A stretch of 64,000 bases of DNA from Promethearchaeota archaeon (GTDB lineage: Archaea; Asgardarchaeota; Heimdallarchaeia; Hodarchaeales; Hodarchaeaceae): positions 17,723-81,722 of the forward strand of contig JBHLMN010000025.1 of the NCBI GenBank assembly GCA_048938105.1, given 5' to 3'. The translations under genes and the position numbers were made by a program. Every line of letters begins with the position of its first letter. The first letter of the stretch is position 1. The notes below the pieces were generated by a model, which ran no database searches, was not told where the DNA came from, and worked only from the letters and a program-made list of their open reading frames with translations. This document shows positions 59,951 through 64,000 of the stretch, piece after piece.

Positions 59951-60097
59951 GTGAAAGAAAGGCAGACTCTAAAATCATTGTTTAAAAATGCGACAGTGCA
60001 CACTTTTGAAGGAGATAAAACGAGCCATTTATCTTTATTCAACAAGTGTGAAGAATTTATATCCATTGTGAAAGAGTTTTTCCAAATAGCTAGCTGA
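59951..60097 (+). pseudogene. Remnant 3' end of an alpha/beta-hydrolase-like gene
   Basis: LKSLFKNATVHTFEGDKTSHLSLFNKCEEFISIVKEFF resembles the catalytic-His C-terminus; no upstream body. Confidence 0.45.
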
Positions 60098-60357
60098 AAT
60101 CAACCTTAAAATTGGATCTATGACCCATACATTTTAAAACTAAAAATCAAAGAAAAAAAATTAGTTAGGCTTCCTCTTCTTCTTTTTGTCTAGCTTGTTC
60201 ATGTACTAGCATTTGTAGTTTAAATGATATAAGAAAGAGAGAACTTGTAAGTTTAAAAACGATGATGTCAAAGATTCCTAGGATCATAATTTCTATCATT
60301 ACAAACTACATATTCATGAAAATAATTTACAATGCTGAAAGGGATTTTTTAGAAATC

Positions 60358-60428
60358 TGTTCAGAAATTCGAACACCAAAGCCTAGCGTGTTCGAATAAG
60401 CAAGACAGCCTGTTCGGAATTATAAACA
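60358..60428. promoter_or_regulatory. TGTTC-N8-(G/A)AACA operator-like repeats upstream of the ABC permease
   Basis: Sites at 60358-60375 and 60411-60428; overlapping TTCGAACAC/GTGTTCGAA inverted repeat. Confidence 0.5.
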
Positions 60429-60644
60429 CCCTATACTATTTTTTTTTACCATGTTCTAATCTATAGTCTTATAGAACAATTTATTTTATGATTTATACGT
60501 TAAAATTTCAATACTTAGTAATGCAAAATGATGAACAGTATTTTACACACCAATCCAACATAATAAAAGTATACGCAATAGAAATGATGTTTGTCACTTG
60601 TTACATAGTAAAATATGATTTAACAGGAGCCATGAAAAGTCAAA

Positions 60645-63600
60645 ATGTCCATTAGAGTCGCGATAGCAAGAATAACAGATCCTATCTTCTTAATCTACGA
60701 GCTACTAATTGGTAACCGTAAACTTGTTTTCCCAACAATGATTGGGTTGATCATTGCATTAACAGTGATCTCACAAAGTGGTGTTCTCGTGGAATCTTAT
60801 CGAGAAAAAATCTTTGAAGAAACCGTCTTTAAAACTCATGATGAGTACTCGGGAGATATAACAGTTGACCTGTATATTAGTAATATCTTTTCAGATATAA
60901 CCTTCAGCGGATCAACCAACCAACAACTTCATTGGGGTCCGAATATATTTACTAATTTTACGCTTTATGAGGAACTTGTTAACAAATCAATCAAAGATGT
61001 AAACTATTTTAGATACCTTTCAGAAAGTTATTGGTATAGTGCCCCTTCGCTTGGTCTATGGTTGAATTCAACAGATATATTTCGAGAACCAGGGAAAAAA
61101 CAGAATAATGAAATGGAATGGTCGATATCCATTCTAACCTCGTCAGCTCCTACATTTTACAACCAGCTAGAACTGATCCTAGAAAAGGAAGGAATAGGGC
61201 AACAACCTGGAAATTCTTCAGAAGTTATCCTTGTCCGCCCAAAAGAGGCAGATCCTTGGGCAGAGAAACAGTTTGAAAATCTTACACTTAACACAAAAGT
61301 AAACATTACCATTCCAAAATGGACCCTCCCTGAAGGAGAAAAACAACCAAACAAAACTATCACAATAGTCGGTATAGTAGAATATGAGAGGAAAGCTTCT
61401 TCAATTTTCTTCCAAAAAAATGAATTAAATGCTGCCTCTCCAAATGATAACAGTACCGCCCTCTTATGGAAATATTTTACCCCTGAATTATATGGTTACT
61501 ATTTCTTAACCCGTCCCTTACTCTTAAACCAAACACTTAGAGAGCTTGCAAGTGATCACTCCGATCTAAACTGGCAGGGGCAAGTCAAAGGGAAAATTTT
61601 CTTAGATAAAACACAGTTTGATGCATTTAACACAAATAATGAGATCCTTCAACTACAATATTTTCTCCAAGCCCTCCAACAGAATTTTTATTCAATCACC
61701 TCTTCTCCAAATGTCCACAGCCCGATCCATGGTTTGATGAAAGAATTTGAAGCTACTATTTTTAGTTTAATCCTGATACTTCTGTTGGTAAGCTTACCAG
61801 TAATCAGTATTGCTCTCTATCTAGTGGTTTATTCCTTTGGACTGATCAGAAGGGAAAAACAAGCACAAATTGGAATTATTAAGACGCGAGGCGGCTCCTG
61901 GATTCAAATCCTAGGAATCCTGCTTGGGGAAATGATGATCTCCACAATTATTGCCGTCCTCGCAGGTTTTATTCTCAGTCTGTTCCTTTCGGATTTTATC
62001 ATGCGATCTACAGACTATTTGACATTCTTGGGACAAACCATCCCCATAAAAGCCTCATTAGAGCTACTCCTTGGCTTAATTGTAATAGGAATAGGCATCA
62101 CCCTGCTTCTAAATTTTATACGAATCATTCACATGAGTCGCCAACAGATTATTGAAACACTCGTTCCAACTGAAGTGCGCGATCCCCTCTGGAAACGATA
62201 TTATCTCGACATCCTTATGTTTATCCTTGGTAACGCGGCTTGGTTTATTCTTAATGCTCTGGTACGTCCAGTTCCAGGAGGAGAAACCTTCCAAGATCCA
62301 TCAGATGTTCGTCCCAATCCTAATCCAAGCTCAGGGCTAATCTCTCTTCTTATGTTATTAATTGGCCTCCCTGCGCCTTTCCTCATATTCTTTGGAACGA
62401 TTATGCTAATAGCTCGCTTCTTTCCAGTCCTGATGAAGAAGCTTGCTGATATGTTGTGGAAAGTGGAAGGTGGAGTCAACGCATTCGCCATTCGTAATAT
62501 TGTCCGCCATAAGCAAGCCGCAAATCGCGCAGTACTGTTGATTACATTGGCATTATCTGTTTCTATTCTTGCTTCCGCCTTAATCTTTTCATTAGATGAA
62601 ACCCAACACCTCAAGCTCTATTATCAAGAGGGAGCAGATGTGAGTCTCTCAACAGGCACGGATTTGAATGAGACTGTGTGTACCCTGTTAGAACAGAATG
62701 CCTCCCATTTAAGCAGTATTTCAGGAGTCTATTCTGCCAACTATTGGTCTGGAGGCACTATCTATCGCCACTACCAGTTCCTATTTGTCGATCCTGCAAC
62801 CTACGCGGAAACAGCATTTACGGATCCGAGCTTCAAGTTGAGTAGTAGTTTGCCCACTTTAATTAACCAGCTTGCTGATAATACTACGCTACTCATCTTC
62901 GATGAAAATCTGAAAGCAGATATCTCCAAACCACAGATAGGTGAAAATCTTTCGATCCAGTTCAAAACACCTAATAAAACGGAGATACTCTCCTTCCATA
63001 TTGGTGGAACGTTTAAACTATGGCCCACCTTTTATCCACAGACTTGGCATGACCCTAGTACCAATTATTGGATCATTGGGAGCTTGGGGATGTTTAACCG
63101 TTTGAACCAGTCCTCCTATCTTAATAATGTGGAAGGTGCATATCTCATGAAAATGGACTCCCTCACTCATATTGAAGAGACGGTAGAAACTATCATCGAT
63201 GTAACAGGGAAGAGGCCTAGTTCAGCTGCATTAGCCTATAAAGAATATAAAACCTCCTTTGAGCGATATTTCCAACTTTCTATTCTCAATTCTGATTTGA
63301 TCATCAGTATTGCCGTGGCAGTGATAGGTGTGATCATGTTCGCTTTCTTTACGTATGTCGATCGCGAGAAAGAGATTGGAGTAGAGCGTGCTCTTGGAAT
63401 GACGCGTTTTCAAACTGCTCAATCGTTTTTGGTGGAAGCCGCAACCATTTTGATATTTGGGTCTGTGATTGGTTATCTTACGGGTGTATTTTTTGTGACG
63501 ATGTTTTTGCAAATCACTCAGGTAGGGCAGACAATTCCCCCTCAAGTCATCATTTACCCAACAAAATTGTTGGTTCCCCTCATCGCAGGGATCCTCATTG

Positions 63601-63677
63601 CTTCAGGGATTGGTTCGGTGTTACCTGCTTATTTTGCGACCCGGAAAGATGTAAGTCGCATTTTAAAGGTGGAATAA
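60645..63677 (+). CDS. FtsX/MacB-type ABC transporter permease (two FtsX domains)
   Basis: [33 protein letters not shown]. Confidence 0.9.
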   Translation: MSIRVAIARITDPIFLIYELLIGNRKLVFPTMIGLIIALTVISQSGVLVESYREKIFEETVFKTHDEYSGDITVDLYISNIFSDITFSGSTNQQLHWGPNIFTNFTLYEELVNKSIKDVNYFRYLSESYWYSAPSLGLWLNSTDIFREPGKKQNNEMEWSISILTSSAPTFYNQLELILEKEGIGQQPGNSSEVILVRPKEADPWAEKQFENLTLNTKVNITIPKWTLPEGEKQPNKTITIVGIVEYERKASSIFFQKNELNAASPNDNSTALLWKYFTPELYGYYFLTRPLLLNQTLRELASDHSDLNWQGQVKGKIFLDKTQFDAFNTNNEILQLQYFLQALQQNFYSITSSPNVHSPIHGLMKEFEATIFSLILILLLVSLPVISIALYLVVYSFGLIRREKQAQIGIIKTRGGSWIQILGILLGEMMISTIIAVLAGFILSLFLSDFIMRSTDYLTFLGQTIPIKASLELLLGLIVIGIGITLLLNFIRIIHMSRQQIIETLVPTEVRDPLWKRYYLDILMFILGNAAWFILNALVRPVPGGETFQDPSDVRPNPNPSSGLISLLMLLIGLPAPFLIFFGTIMLIARFFPVLMKKLADMLWKVEGGVNAFAIRNIVRHKQAANRAVLLITLALSVSILASALIFSLDETQHLKLYYQEGADVSLSTGTDLNETVCTLLEQNASHLSSISGVYSANYWSGGTIYRHYQFLFVDPATYAETAFTDPSFKLSSSLPTLINQLADNTTLLIFDENLKADISKPQIGENLSIQFKTPNKTEILSFHIGGTFKLWPTFYPQTWHDPSTNYWIIGSLGMFNRLNQSSYLNNVEGAYLMKMDSLTHIEETVETIIDVTGKRPSSAALAYKEYKTSFERYFQLSILNSDLIISIAVAVIGVIMFAFFTYVDREKEIGVERALGMTRFQTAQSFLVEAATILIFGSVIGYLTGVFFVTMFLQITQVGQTIPPQVIIYPTKLLVPLIAGILIASGIGSVLPAYFATRKDVSRILKVE

Positions 63678-63681
63678 CCAA

Positions 63682-63861
63682 ATGACATTTCTCGAATGTA
63701 ATGATGTGATAAAACTCTATACTGAGGAACAGAGTAGGCTCCAAGTTCCAGCACTCCGGGGGATTGATTTAGCAGTCAATGAAGGGGAGTTGATTGCGAT
63801 CATTGGTCCTAGTGGTTCAGGTAAAAGTATATTACTAAACGTATGGAGGGATTGATAGACC
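63682..63861 (+). pseudogene. ABC ATPase (LolD-like), frameshifted and interrupted
   Basis: [13 protein letters not shown]...ALRGIDL...GPSGSGKS, then a frameshift before GGIDRP, then unrelated sequence. Confidence 0.8.
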
Positions 63862-64000
63862 GTTCCTTGATACCTATGCTTTTATTGCCAGCAATAAGAG
63901 CTGCTCATTCCTGCTTCATAGGGTTGTGCCTGGGAGTACCAGGTCTTATCAACTCTCCACAAGCGTTTTCCGTCTCTGGGGAACTCTCAGCGACGGGGGC
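63860..64000 (-). mobile_element. Right end of a TnpB-encoding IS (IS607- or IS200/IS605-like)
   Basis: Minus-strand ORF tail APVAESSPETENACGE...MKQE* (63905-64000) typical of TnpB C-termini; hairpin GCTCTTATTGC/GCAATAAAAGC; ends ...GGAACGG at the junction; GC shift. Confidence 0.7.

Noticed and set aside
180-63545. Many 60-146 aa ORFs overlapping larger genes (e.g. 9117..9431, 19156..19473, 26139..26321, 33661..34101, 48754..49089, 50103..50531, 62201..62614)
   Set aside because: Antisense or alternate-frame shadows of well-supported genes, with no motifs
1-64000. Genome-wide TAG recoding or selenoproteins
   Set aside because: Many genes end at TAG at the expected family C-terminus (e.g. 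ccmB, Lrp); no in-frame TGA in Hdr/Mvh

Overview
AT-rich archaeal window, most consistent with an Asgard archaeon (Heimdallarchaeia/Hodarchaeales-like). This is inferred from PGF-type C-terminal anchors, a longin-like ORF, CxxxY-type CcmE and TrmB/Lrp regulators. The window is an energy/metal island. (1) 2.6-27.8 kb: two paralogous four-gene cassettes, each [surface-anchored 9-heme-site NrfA-fold cytochrome c - membrane-anchored YyaL/AGE-like (alpha/alpha)6 protein - CcmF - CcmE]. They share one ccmC-ccmD-ccmA-ccmB set and lie near a decayed third ccmE, a heme O synthase with a His-rich membrane partner, and an HxlR-type regulator with a repeated 24-bp promoter motif. Both cytochromes carry CLHCM exactly where NrfA has its catalytic CxxCK, plus CX4CH, CX9CH, CX10CH and CCH variants. 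This cassette is the best candidate for an undescribed system. (2) 27.8-37.3 kb: iron uptake (FTR1), a DUF438/hemerythrin-PAS protein and assorted enzymes/regulators. (3) 37.4-49 kb: a DUF134/NifX/COG1149/Mrp/DUF364/DUF5320/CGGC metallocluster block with palindromic operators, OsmC, CoA-disulfide reductase and DtxR. (4) 49.6-59.6 kb: mvhG-mvhA-hdrA(mvhD fusion)-hdrC-hdrB next to tusA-dsrE2-dsrE-tusA-sqr-lrp. (5) An ABC permease whose ATPase gene is broken by a frameshift and a TnpB-bearing insertion at the window end. No rRNA, tRNA or CRISPR array was seen. All calls come from motif reading; no database searches were run.
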